Source: a virus. From it: DNA of 44,447 bases. A program made the translations under genes and the position numbers. The DNA lies in the IMG/VR virus record IMGVR_UViG_3300002461_000295, positions 1 through 44,447 of that record. One strand, written 5' to 3'. Each line of letters opens with the position of its first letter. Within the stretch, counting starts at the first letter, position 1. The notes beneath the pieces were generated by a model. It was not told the DNA's origin. It saw only the letters and a list, made by a program, of their open reading frames with translations, and made no database searches. This document shows positions 7,460 to 16,700 of the stretch, one piece after another.

Positions 7460-7672
7460 ATGGCAGTTTATCTTGTAGGACGTGACGGCGCAGGGCCGGA
7501 CGAAAAGCCTCACTTGGTTGAGGCGCGCACCGCGAAGAGCGCAACCATCCACGTTGCGGACAAAACGCTTGCGGCCACCGTCGTCACCACCCGGCAGGCG
7601 ATGGAATATGCAGCGCAAGGCGTCGTCCTTGAAACCGCAGGCGAGACCGCACCCCCGCCCGCTGGCGAGTGA
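7460..7672 (+). CDS. Hypothetical protein (70 aa)
   Basis: ATG 7460 is preceded by GGAAGGAAG. Followed by a hairpin. Confidence 0.65.
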   Translation: MAVYLVGRDGAGPDEKPHLVEARTAKSATIHVADKTLAATVVTTRQAMEYAAQGVVLETAGETAPPPAGE

Positions 7673-7689
7673 CACCATCCCCGGCGCTG

Positions 7690-7716
7690 GGGATGCCAGC
7701 GCCGGGAACACTCGCA
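7690..7716 (+). terminator. GC-rich hairpin (11-bp perfect stem, 5-nt loop) without a U-tract
   Basis: CCCGGCGCTGG-ggatg-CCAGCGCCGGG, read directly in the 54-nt gap between two plus-strand genes. Confidence 0.4.
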
Positions 7717-7726
7717 GGAGCCAGCC

Positions 7727-8383
7727 ATGACACCAGGATATGAAGCAGCCATGCGCCGGATCATCGGGCGCGACGTAACCGCAAGAGTGCACGCGCGCGG
7801 CGTGATCATCACGCTCCCGTGCAGCGGCGGGCATGCTGTCGAGCATCAAATGGAAAAGATGCTTCCGCCCGACGCGCTGAAGCGCCAGCTCGCAAATCGC
7901 GGCTGGATAACGGGCAGGCGCATCACATGCCCGGAACACCAGAAGAAGGATAGAACCCCAATGCCATCAGCGATCCAGCCGCCAAGCAGCGCCCGCGTTG
8001 CAGAACCGCCCACGCTTGAACAGACCGCCGCCGCCAAGAAGGTTCACCGCGCCGTCATGGAAGCGTTGATGATTGCCTATGACGATGACGGCAAGCGCTA
8101 CACGTCCGGCTACACCGACGCCAAGGTTGCCACCGAAACCGGCGCGGCGTGCGAATATGTCCGCAAGGTGCGCGAGGATTACTTTGGTCCGCTTGCCGTG
8201 CCCGGCGAGCTTACCGGCATTCGGCAGGAAATGGACGCGCTGGTTGGTTCGATTGCACTCGCGCGCCGTGACATGGCACAGGTCCGCGCGAACGCAGACA
8301 GCCGCTTCGACGAGCTGGACAAGCTGGCAAAGACGATCAGCGACAAGCTCGATCGCATCGCCAAGCAGAACGGTTGGGCATAA
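7727..8383 (+). CDS. Hypothetical protein (218 aa) with Cys/His-containing N-terminus and coiled-coil C-terminus
   Basis: Long ORF with high GC3. Contains LPCSGGH...ITCPEH and a C-terminal heptad-like region. Confidence 0.75.
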   Translation: MTPGYEAAMRRIIGRDVTARVHARGVIITLPCSGGHAVEHQMEKMLPPDALKRQLANRGWITGRRITCPEHQKKDRTPMPSAIQPPSSARVAEPPTLEQTAAAKKVHRAVMEALMIAYDDDGKRYTSGYTDAKVATETGAACEYVRKVREDYFGPLAVPGELTGIRQEMDALVGSIALARRDMAQVRANADSRFDELDKLAKTISDKLDRIAKQNGWA

Positions 8384-8393
8384 TGTACGCGCA

Positions 8394-8651
8394 TTGGCCG
8401 ACCGCCGCGCGCGGCGGTCGGCCATTGACCGCGCCGTCGCAGAGCTGCCCGCCGACGCGGACTTGAAGACGCGCCAGAAGGCGTTGCGCGCAGCCGCAGG
8501 CAACTTCCACGGGGGCACATCGCACGGCAAAAAGGTATGGTCGAAGGAAGTGCGGCTTTACCTTCAGCGGCACGGCTTGCCGCCGCGCACGTTGCCGAAA
8601 GAGCCGCGCTTTGCGGACGACATTATTTTCCCGTGGAAGGTGAAGACATGA
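8394..8651 (+). CDS. Hypothetical protein (up to 85 aa), start uncertain
   Basis: Strong GC3 bias throughout the frame, and its stop overlaps the next ATG. There is no ATG, and TTG 8394 lies inside the palindrome. Confidence 0.4.
   Translation: MADRRARRSAIDRAVAELPADADLKTRQKALRAAAGNFHGGTSHGKKVWSKEVRLYLQRHGLPPRTLPKEPRFADDIIFPWKVKT
8395..8424. other. Perfect 30-nt GC-rich palindrome TGGCCGACCGCCGCG/CGCGGCGGTCGGCCA
   Basis: Read directly. It starts 12 nt after the stop of 7727..8383 and covers the only candidate start codon (TTG 8394) of the next ORF. Confidence 0.9.
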
Positions 8652-8842
8652 TCCGCTTTGGAACAGTCGCGGTCTTTCGCAACAACGGGAGCGTCCGCGT
8701 CGTCCATTACGACAGCGGATGCTTCCCGTTTCCAGCCCGTACCCAGGCCGAGGTAATCGCGTCCGAGACTAGAATATCCCGAGCAGTTTCGGGCGCGCCC
8801 GCTTCACCGCCTTCGCATCACGATCCTCGCAACGCGCGATAA
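8648..8842 (+). CDS. Hypothetical protein (64 aa), last gene of the contiguous plus arm
   Basis: ATGA coupling. The first two thirds have good GC3. The C-terminal 74 nt overlap the 3' end of the convergent o-spanin candidate. Confidence 0.5.
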   Translation: MIRFGTVAVFRNNGSVRVVHYDSGCFPFPARTQAEVIASETRISRAVSGAPASPPSHHDPRNAR

Positions 8843-9128
8843 TCCCGATCGTGTCGGTTGTCCGGCCATTCGCCTTGTCGAGCTGCGCAGCTTGCGCGTC
8901 ACCGAACGCGATCCAGTCGCCTACCGTGTTACCATCGGGCAGGGGCGCGCCGGGCACGCCATCCTTCCAGCTATCGGGGATTAGCGAGCTGCACGCACTT
9001 GGGGTCGCGACGATGGGCGGCACGCCGACACAGGCTTGCAAGGCCAGCATCGCGCACGCCACTGGCAACAGGCGCGTCAGCGCCGTCAGCTTTCTTGATC
9101 GCATTCTCATTCTCCCTTGTGATTGCAT
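8769..9128 (-). CDS. Outer-membrane lipoprotein spanin candidate (o-spanin)
   Basis: Signal peptide with lipobox-like LALQAC and a Pro-rich mature N-terminus. It starts inside the i-spanin candidate in another frame and extends beyond it (overlapped Rz/Rz1-type layout). The start could be 9128, 9110 or 9104. Confidence 0.6.
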   Translation of the reverse strand: MQSQGRMRMRSRKLTALTRLLPVACAMLALQACVGVPPIVATPSACSSLIPDSWKDGVPGAPLPDGNTVGDWIAFGDAQAAQLDKANGRTTDTIGIIARCEDRDAKAVKRARPKLLGIF

Positions 9129-9345
9129 CGGTTGTCTGATCCGCCGTCATCCGGTTGCCAACCGTTGACACGCTGTCCGCACCGCTTTCGAGCGCCGCGC
9201 CAGCTTGCCCCTTGGACAGCCTGCTTTCGGTTTTCGCGGTCAATGCCTGCGTGCATGAACGCTGCACAATGATACCGCCCAAGACGAGCGCCACCAGCAG
9301 GCCAATGATAATCCGGCTGGCGAGCTTGGCCGAAATGCTTCCCAT
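8971..9345 (-). CDS. Inner-membrane spanin candidate (i-spanin)
   Basis: N-terminal TM helix (IIIGLLVALVLGGIIV) followed by a charged periplasmic region. Positional pairing with the lipoprotein ORF. Confidence 0.6.
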   Translation of the reverse strand: MGSISAKLASRIIIGLLVALVLGGIIVQRSCTQALTAKTESRLSKGQAGAALESGADSVSTVGNRMTADQTTDAITRENENAIKKADGADAPVASGVRDAGLASLCRRAAHRRDPKCVQLANPR

Positions 9346-9417
9346 AGTCTCTTGCCTTTCCCTAATTCATCGAGTAACCCGGTCGCGCCACAACAGCCGC
9401 CACAGAAGGCCAGCCCC

Positions 9418-9828
9418 ATGAAAGCCACCACGACAGCCAACCAGACCCAAATCGCGCCCAAGCGCCCGCGCAAGGCGAAATGCTCTTGGTGCGGTACGGC
9501 GTTCGAAACCACGCACGCCACCAAGGAGTTTTGCGCACCCGCGCACAAGCAGGAATATGCCAACTTTTGCGCGAGCCGTGGCAAGGTGCTGTTCCCGATC
9601 GCGATGGCATGGCGGACCCAGCGTGGACGCAAGGGGATCGGAGCTGACGCTATGGCCGAAATGGAGCGCTTCCTCGACGCATGCGCCGCCGAACTTACCG
9701 CTCAGGGCGCGCCGCCGATCGCGCATCACTATAAGGCCAGCCGTCAATTCATCACCCCTTGGTTTGACGATCCGCGCCGCCGCCCGCAGCGGGATCGGCT
9801 TGCGCAGTCTCCCCCGGCTGAAGAGTGA
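9418..9828 (+). CDS. Zn-ribbon protein (136 aa) on the opposite strand inside the lysis region
   Basis: KCSWCGTAFETTHATKEFCAPAHK motif, high GC3 and a protein-like sequence. The competing minus-strand ORFs look non-protein-like. The 3' 77 nt overlap the holin candidate. Confidence 0.6.
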   Translation: MKATTTANQTQIAPKRPRKAKCSWCGTAFETTHATKEFCAPAHKQEYANFCASRGKVLFPIAMAWRTQRGRKGIGADAMAEMERFLDACAAELTAQGAPPIAHHYKASRQFITPWFDDPRRRPQRDRLAQSPPAEE

Positions 9829-10195
9829 CGTCCGGCGTGTGATTGCCGGTCGCAGCGGTAATCCCCTCGATCGCCGACTTCAAGCCGTCGATCGCTTTGC
9901 CGTTGGTTTCGGCCCGCTTGGCATCCAGCTCGCGCGCGCCCGCCGTCATCGTGTAGTGATAGGCAACGACACCACCGGCAAAGCCCGAGAGCTGCCCGAG
10001 CATATACGTCAACAAGTCCTTGTTGGCTTCAGGCACCGGCAACCAGACCAGAACCATGATCGCGCCGAGAAACCCGAACACCAACGAGCAGCCGATCACG
10101 TTGGCAAGCAGCCGCACGTTGGCCGGACGATCAATCATCACCCGTGCGCGGCGCTCCCCAACGCGGTCGAGCCATTCCCAGATCGTCACGCCCAA
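9752..10195 (-). CDS. Holin candidate (147 aa, two predicted TM helices)
   Basis: Hydrophobic segments LLANVIGCSLVFGFLGAIMVLVWL and LTYMLGQLSGFAGGVVAYHY with a charged C-terminal tail. Its start overlaps the endolysin stop. Confidence 0.6.
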   Translation of the reverse strand: MGVTIWEWLDRVGERRARVMIDRPANVRLLANVIGCSLVFGFLGAIMVLVWLPVPEANKDLLTYMLGQLSGFAGGVVAYHYTMTAGARELDAKRAETNGKAIDGLKSAIEGITAATGNHTPDVTLQPGETAQADPAAGGGADRQTKG

Positions 10196-10758
10196 CCCCC
10201 ATCACGAAGGGCGCGCTCGAATATCTGCGCATAGTCTTCGATCAGATCAGCCTTGTCGCGCCCGTTGATGATCGTCCGCGCGTTCATGTATTGCTGGCGC
10301 GTGGCGACACCCGTGGCAGGCAGAACGTCCGCATGCTTGACGCCCGTGAACCAGCCTTCATCCATGCCCTTGCGCATGATGAACGCAGCAATGTCAGGCC
10401 GCATCGCCAGATCAGCGTTCTTGATCAGATCGCCCGGCTCGATAAGCCCGGCTTCCGCCGCTTCAGCGTCAGCCTTTTCGTAATTGAACAGCCAGGTGAG
10501 CTGCACATAACCGCGCCCGTACCACGGGAAATAGCGAAGGTGCTTGCGCCGCCAGTCTTCAGACAGCCAATAGGCCTCGCGAACCGGCAGCATCGTTGCC
10601 GCCGTTTCATGCCAGGCAGTCGCCAGCATATAAGCGGCATAGGCAAGCGGCGCGCCGACGCACGCAGCAAGCACGGCGTTCATGCCCTCGACTTGCGAGG
10701 TTTTCAGGCCACTCATTTTTGAGCGCACGGTGGCAAAGAAAGCAGCAACGTCCTTCAT
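10186..10758 (-). CDS. Endolysin, glycoside hydrolase family 19-like
   Basis: ATAWHETA...YFPWYGRGYVQLTWLFNY matches the GH19 catalytic-core signature (Glu...YGRGxxQLTxxxNY). Confidence 0.85.
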   Translation of the reverse strand: MKDVAAFFATVRSKMSGLKTSQVEGMNAVLAACVGAPLAYAAYMLATAWHETAATMLPVREAYWLSEDWRRKHLRYFPWYGRGYVQLTWLFNYEKADAEAAEAGLIEPGDLIKNADLAMRPDIAAFIMRKGMDEGWFTGVKHADVLPATGVATRQQYMNARTIINGRDKADLIEDYAQIFERALRDGGWA

Positions 10759-11222
10759 CGGTATCTCCCTTCAGACTTTTCGCGGGCATTCATCATTGGC
10801 GCGGGGTGCGCATTTTCAGTTGGCAGCACAAGCATTCCCGTTGCGCGGAACAGCAGGAAGAAGACCGTGAACGCAATGCCGATCGTCCATGACAGCGGCC
10901 CCCACCAGCCGAGAAACGTCGTCCACGCCTTCGAGCTGCCAAGCCGCACATTTTCAGCAGCCGTCAGCGTGTGGATCGTGGCGTATGCGGCATCAAGCCG
11001 TTCCTCGATTTTCGCCACGGTCTCGTTGACCCGGTTCGCTTCGATTTTCGCCAGTCGTTCCAGCATTGCGTTTTGCGTTGTCTGAAAGACGCGCATCACT
11101 TCGGACTGTTGGCGCACACTTTCAGCGAGGCTTTTGATGACCTCAAACTGAAACCGCAGGTCGCTCTCGGTCCCGCCTTGGTGAAGCGCGCGCATCAGTG
11201 CTTCGTGAACTTCCTCGCTCAC
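10755..11222 (-). CDS. Coiled-coil protein with C-terminal TM helix (lysis-cassette associated, possible holin or antiholin partner)
   Basis: Heptad-like N-terminal 100 aa, then WWGPLSWTIGIAFTVFFLLF. ATGA overlaps with the tail-fibre and endolysin genes. Confidence 0.65.
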   Translation of the reverse strand: MSEEVHEALMRALHQGGTESDLRFQFEVIKSLAESVRQQSEVMRVFQTTQNAMLERLAKIEANRVNETVAKIEERLDAAYATIHTLTAAENVRLGSSKAWTTFLGWWGPLSWTIGIAFTVFFLLFRATGMLVLPTENAHPAPMMNAREKSEGRYR

Positions 11223-13735
11223 GTCATGATCGCATAGCTAATGTCGATGGAGACATTCGTCCACACATCACCAGATGCACTATCCATCCAGGATGTGCCG
11301 TTCAGAAGATGCATTTGGAACGGTTGAGCCATAGGCTTTGCGACCTCATAAGTGAACATCGCACCGCCGTACCGCGTTGGAGCCGCTGCGTTTGAAATGA
11401 CGAACAAGGGCTTGCCCGCCGCCGTCGATGTGCCTTCGAGAACACAGCTCAGCCCGAACGTATCCGATGCAACTTGACCGCCCGTTTCGCCGTACCAATC
11501 AATGATCCCGCCTTCCGAAGCGGTAAAGTCAGCGCCGAAAAACGTCGCCGGAACAATCTGCGTAATGAACGGCAATGTCGCGGCAGATGACGGAACGTAA
11601 TTGCCTTCGCCAAGCAACGTCCCAAAATCAAAGCGAGGATGGGCAATGCTCCACGGCTTATTGATCGACGATCCAAACTTAAAAGACAGCGTCAGATCAG
11701 TGGCATTGGTTGGGACAGGATATGTCCATTCGACCCATTGCCAGTTACCAGTTGCCGCGATAGGCGCGCTTGCCGTGTCGAGAATAGCGTTACTGGCAAT
11801 CCCCAACGATATCGTCGTCCCCACTTGCCCACGAACCCACGCCCCCCAGACAATATTTCGACCGCGATAACGCCGGGCTTCCGCAACAGTCTTGTTGTGA
11901 CCGATATAATCACCGTCCGCCGCAGGCACAAACACCAGCGCGCGCTTCATCGACGGGCGAAGATTGCACGTCCAGCCCGGCTTGTTCGGCGCAGAAGCGC
12001 CGCCGACAAAGGTTTGCCCCGAACCAAACCCGTTAGAGATTTCCGGCCATTCATCGACATAGATTGTTGCCGCCGCCGACTTCAGCCAGCCATCGGGACC
12101 GTTGCCCGTGCCAACGCTTTGCGTGCCGCCGCGCATGACTTGACGGCAGACATAATTAACAGCGCCCGTCGCCGGTCCCGTGCCACCCGAATAACGACCA
12201 TTGCGCGGCGGATAGAACGTGAACGTCAGGTTCGTATAATTGACCGACAGAACCCGCAGCGTCGATTGCAGCAGCGCCGGATTGGCAACGCTCGCCGCGA
12301 TCGAGGCAGGCGTGAACGCAATCAGCGCGCCGGGATAGAGAAACTGGACAAAGCTATCGCCTTGCGCGGTGACAATCTTTTGTTCGCCAAGGCCGGTCGA
12401 TACCGAAATATTCGACACCGCAATATGCGGGAACACAATGCCCGAATAATTCCAGTTTTGCCGCGTGTCGAAAGCATCGAGATAGGCGTTCAGATTGGCT
12501 TCAGCGCCACCCCAGCCCGGCCCGATCGCAGAAAAGATTTGCCATTCCGAGTTGGGAAAATCATTGCGCCCCGAGCCGTTGACCGTTGACGGCACCGCGC
12601 CGCCCCTGCCAGGGCTGTAGAAATAGGACCGCCAGAACCCGCCGCCGTCACTAAAGAAAAGCGCGGACCCGCCAGCAAGCAGCGTCGTTGGCCCGTCACC
12701 GCCGCCCGGATAGGCAAGCGTGATCGAGCCGTTGGACGCATTGGAAATCGCAACCCCTTGCCCTGCCACAAAGCCAGTGGCGGGCAATGTGATTGTGACG
12801 CCCGCCGTTCCAACCAGAATGTTTGCGCTCGAATGTGTGGCAGCACTGAGAACGGTTGAACCCGTCAGCACCACTTGCCCGGTTGAACGCAGGCCTTCCC
12901 GGTTATTTGCAAAGAGCGAGCGCCAAAACCCCGTACCGTCCGCATGCAGAAGCACCGAACGGCCAGCCTGAAGCGTTGTGGCGGCGTCGCTCCCGCCCGG
13001 AAACGCCAAGGTTATCGATCCCGTCGAAATGTTGGACAGAGCAATAATGCTGCCATTGGAGAACCCGGTTGCCGGAAAAGTGATCGTGATCCCATCGTCA
13101 TTAGCCAACACGACCCGGCCCGCATGCGTCGCAAACACCAACGACGTCGTCGTTGAAACCAACACCTGACCAAGCGAACGAAGCCCCTGAACGACAAAAT
13201 CTTTGAGCAGCTCCGCAAGCGTGCCGCCACCCGCCACCCCAATAAACTTAGCGCCGTCTTTGCTTGCCAAGTCTTTGCGCAAGCCCCCGTCCGCGCCCGT
13301 GCCAGACGACCAGACGAAGCCCACACCGCCCGGCGCAACGACCGGATACTTGCCCGCGACGTCCACACCGCGCGGGATGGCAGGCGCGCGCAAGCTGCGA
13401 TCACGAAGCCAGATATCGCGGATCGAGGCGCGATCGAGCGGATTGTTCAGATCGCGTTGATAGAACGGACCTTGCGTTTCGAAATTGACCGTCTGTCCGA
13501 AATACGGATTGGAGCCGACGAACAGGATGCCTGACGCAGGCGCGACCAGAAACGTCACCGTGCCCGTGCCGCTTGGCGCAACCGCCACCGTGTAGAGCGC
13601 CGACGACACCGTAGCGCCGTCAATCTCGACCATGACTTCGCTCGCGTCCGCAACTTGGAACGTGAACGGGAACGCCGTTGTCGCGCCGTTCGGATAGTAA
13701 GGGCCGCTGAAGGCGTTGAGAGCTTCGATCGTCAT
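11219..13735 (-). CDS. Tail fibre / tailspike (838 aa) with an internal tandem domain duplication
   Basis: It follows the internal-core genes, as gp17 does in T7. The N-terminal anchor-like region has an L..KDGAKFIGV motif. There are two ~95-aa repeats (aa ~184-279 and 281-374) and a long Gly/Ser/Thr/Asn-rich C-terminus. Confidence 0.85.
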   Translation of the reverse strand: MTIEALNAFSGPYYPNGATTAFPFTFQVADASEVMVEIDGATVSSALYTVAVAPSGTGTVTFLVAPASGILFVGSNPYFGQTVNFETQGPFYQRDLNNPLDRASIRDIWLRDRSLRAPAIPRGVDVAGKYPVVAPGGVGFVWSSGTGADGGLRKDLASKDGAKFIGVAGGGTLAELLKDFVVQGLRSLGQVLVSTTTSLVFATHAGRVVLANDDGITITFPATGFSNGSIIALSNISTGSITLAFPGGSDAATTLQAGRSVLLHADGTGFWRSLFANNREGLRSTGQVVLTGSTVLSAATHSSANILVGTAGVTITLPATGFVAGQGVAISNASNGSITLAYPGGGDGPTTLLAGGSALFFSDGGGFWRSYFYSPGRGGAVPSTVNGSGRNDFPNSEWQIFSAIGPGWGGAEANLNAYLDAFDTRQNWNYSGIVFPHIAVSNISVSTGLGEQKIVTAQGDSFVQFLYPGALIAFTPASIAASVANPALLQSTLRVLSVNYTNLTFTFYPPRNGRYSGGTGPATGAVNYVCRQVMRGGTQSVGTGNGPDGWLKSAAATIYVDEWPEISNGFGSGQTFVGGASAPNKPGWTCNLRPSMKRALVFVPAADGDYIGHNKTVAEARRYRGRNIVWGAWVRGQVGTTISLGIASNAILDTASAPIAATGNWQWVEWTYPVPTNATDLTLSFKFGSSINKPWSIAHPRFDFGTLLGEGNYVPSSAATLPFITQIVPATFFGADFTASEGGIIDWYGETGGQVASDTFGLSCVLEGTSTAAGKPLFVISNAAAPTRYGGAMFTYEVAKPMAQPFQMHLLNGTSWMDSASGDVWTNVSIDISYAIMT
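12614..13186 (-). repeat. Two tandem ~285-nt coding repeats inside the tail-fibre gene
   Basis: GLRSLGQVLVST..ITITFPATGFSNGSIIALSNISTGSITLAFPGGSDAATTLQAG..GFWRSLF aligns with GLRSTGQVVLTG..VTITLPATGFVAGQGVAISNASNGSITLAYPGGGDGPTTLLAG..GFWRSYF. Confidence 0.85.
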
Positions 13736-13737
13736 GG

Positions 13738-16700
13738 TCAGTCCCTTCTATCTTCGAGCTTACCAGTCTGAAGCCCGCGCAACCAGTCCCCCGCCGTTTG
13801 CGGATCAACTTCGCCATTTGCCCAATCGGTAATGAATTGCGCGGCGTTCGACACTTGGCCGACCGGGAGCTTGGCGACATAGCCGATTGTCTCGACGGCA
13901 TTCTTCACCGCGCGCCCCGAAGGCTCAGTATCTTCGTTCATGTCAACCAGGCTCGCGACGTCCTTGCCCGTCTTGATCGCGGTCTCGATCATGCGGCTGG
14001 CAGGCGTGAAGGAATAATCGAAGCCGGACGCGGCGGACCCGGCAATGTCGCGGATCACCGGCACGCCCAGAAACAGCCCAAAGAACATATGTTGCATTGC
14101 CCACATGCCCCAATCTTCATCCTCTTCAGGACCATTGCCATTCAGGCCCGCGCCAATCAATGCCGGGACCAGCGGCGCAACCGCGAACAACCAGAACGAC
14201 CGCGCCAGCAGCTCAGGAAAATCACTTGCCCGGCGCGCGGCAACAGCATCCCCGGCGTCACGCGCGATCGAGCGCTGGCGATTGTAGAACGTGTTCGCAT
14301 AGGAATAGAACATCGTCGCCAGCCGCATCCATTCGGACCCGCGCTGGACGGATGACAGGTCTTTTGCCGAACCGGCACCCTGCGAATTGCGGACCATTTT
14401 GTCAGCGTAAAACACCGCGTCAGCGTCCGTCATGCCTTCGTGCAGCGCCTTGTTATACGCGCCCATCCACGTCGGGATGACAACCACCCGGTCCATGTAC
14501 CCAATCCCGTGGAACGCAAAGCGCCGGACGTCTGCCAGTATGCCGCGCCGACCTTGCAGATCGCGCACGTTCGCATTGATATCGCGCTCCATCGTGTCCA
14601 TGCGGAACCGCACTTCGCCCGACTTTTCCATGACGAAATCAAACGACTGTGCAATCTTGGCAGGCGTGCCCATTGTGGCGCGGAACCCCGACGCCATCCA
14701 GCGCACGCCGATTTGCTCAGTGCTGTTCGCATAGCCGCCAATCTGCATCAGGATCGTGGACAGGCGGTATCCCATGCCAATGATCGTCGAGTGCGTGCGC
14801 AGCGTCTTGGCGAGCTTGTCCCAGCCTTCAGCGCCGCGCCGGTCGATCGCCCATTCGTTTGCGATGTGCTGAAGCCAAGGCCGCAACTGGCGCTGGACTT
14901 CCGGCCCGAGCGTGCCCCGGATCGCCTTCACAATCCGCCGATCAGACAGGAACCGATCAGCGTCGATCACAGCTTCGCGGTGCGTCACGTCATGGATCAC
15001 TTCAGCAACGTGCCGGTTGAGAACCGCCAGCGACAGCAGCACCGGACGCGCAACCGCCGTGCGCGCCTTCGTGAACCCGCGCGGCGTGGTGGCGCGCGTA
15101 TAGATATTCTCGAAGAGCGCATCGCCCGCCGCCGCCGCTTGCTGTTCGGCAGTCAAGTCCTTCGCGGTATCATAGACCACGGGATAATAGCCGCCGTTCA
15201 TCGTTGTGCCGTCATTCAGGACGAACGCGCGGCGCTCGACCTTTTCCGGCTCGACCCCGTTCAGGCGCTTTTCCATGCTCGCGATTTGCGGCCAGAGCGT
15301 TTCGATCGTGTCCCACAGCGATTGAACCAGCGTCCACTCTTCAGGCTTCAGCTCACGATTGAGGACGCGCATGATCGCATCAGGCGACCAGCCATAGCCC
15401 CGCGCCAGCTTGTCAAAATTGCCTTCGTTGCCGACGTTCAGCGCAATCGAAATCAACTGATCCCGCGTCATGTCCCACGGTTGCCCGGTTTCCCGGTTAA
15501 GGAACTCAGGAATTGTCACATGCTCAGACCAGCGCTTGATCGTTTCCTTTGGCAGCGCCTTCATCAGCCCTTGGATACGCCCGATATAATCGCCCATCAT
15601 CTCGCGCTCGCGCGTTTGCGCGTCCGCAATGCGGCGGAACACGACACGGTTGAACGTGCCGTTCGGATTGCCGTCGTCGAGCCAGTCGAAGACGGTTTCC
15701 ATTTTCAGCAGCGCCGCATCAGCCGATGCAATATGAGCCTTCAGCTTATCGGCAATGTTCGGTGACATGCGATTGTTCGGGTTGCGCTGGCGAAGACCCT
15801 CGACCGTCGAAAGCGCTTCCCCAACCACTTCGTCAAAATCGCGCTGATCCTTTGCGTCGAGCAGCTTTTGCTTCAGCCGCCCCAGGTGGATCACTTGCTT
15901 GACGCTGTCATCCAGGCCCTTCAGCTCTTCGACCGACATGCGCGAATAGGGGACGCCCGCATCCTCCAGGCGCGGCGGGATGACAATGTCGATCCCGTTC
16001 GCCTGTTGCCCAGCCGCCCAGACGGCAAAGCTCTCTTGTTCGTTGATCGAGCGCTGCGAGCGCGGACGGAAATCGAACTTTTCCAACAGGGCGTGCGCGC
16101 GGTCGAGATATTCCTGATCGACGCTCTTCATCGTCGCGCGCTTGGCAATCTTGCCTAGCCGCGTCACCGCCGCCTCGACGTCGTCCGCCGCGCGCTTCGC
16201 CTCGACAAGCAGCGCCTGATTGAGCATCTGCGATTGCTTTTGACGGAAAGCTTCGTCCACGTCCCCGGCAATGAAGGCAGCTTCAGCCGAGCGTCCGGCC
16301 TTTGCCACGGCGCGCGCATAGCGCTGGATAGCCGACCGGCTGGCGACGTCCACAACCTTGCCTTCAGCAATCTTGCGCGCCGCCCATTCGCGCGCGAGCC
16401 GGTACGGCGTTGGCGCGACGCCCCGGCCCTTGCCGAGCTGGCGAGCTTCAGCCGCGATCACTTCGGCTTGCCGATCGTTGTTGATGGCAGCAAGCGCTTC
16501 CTCTTCGATCGTGCCATCGTTCAGCAGATCGCCGTGACGTTCAATCATGGTTGCCGCCGTCTGTTCGTCGATCAGGCGCGCGCGCACCGTCCGCTTGTCG
16601 CCAGCGCCGCGCATTTCGGACTGAAGCTGTTCGACGCCCATCAGCGACCGGACCATTTCGTCACCGTTGCGGAAGCCCGCCATCGCTGCGATCGTGTCCG

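Noticed and set aside
9240-9747. Minus-strand ORFs (9240..9632, 9362..9610, 9367..9747) that would make the lysis cassette continuous.
   Set aside because: Their translations are Arg/Cys/Trp/Gly-rich and not protein-like. The plus-strand frame 9418..9828 has high GC3 and a recognisable Zn-ribbon.
11219-13735. Diversity-generating retroelement targeting the tail fibre, considered because the head module resembles BPP-1-like phages.
   Set aside because: No ORF in the window has reverse-transcriptase motifs (no YxDD-containing RT-like protein). I saw no template/variable repeat pair near the 3' end of the fibre gene.
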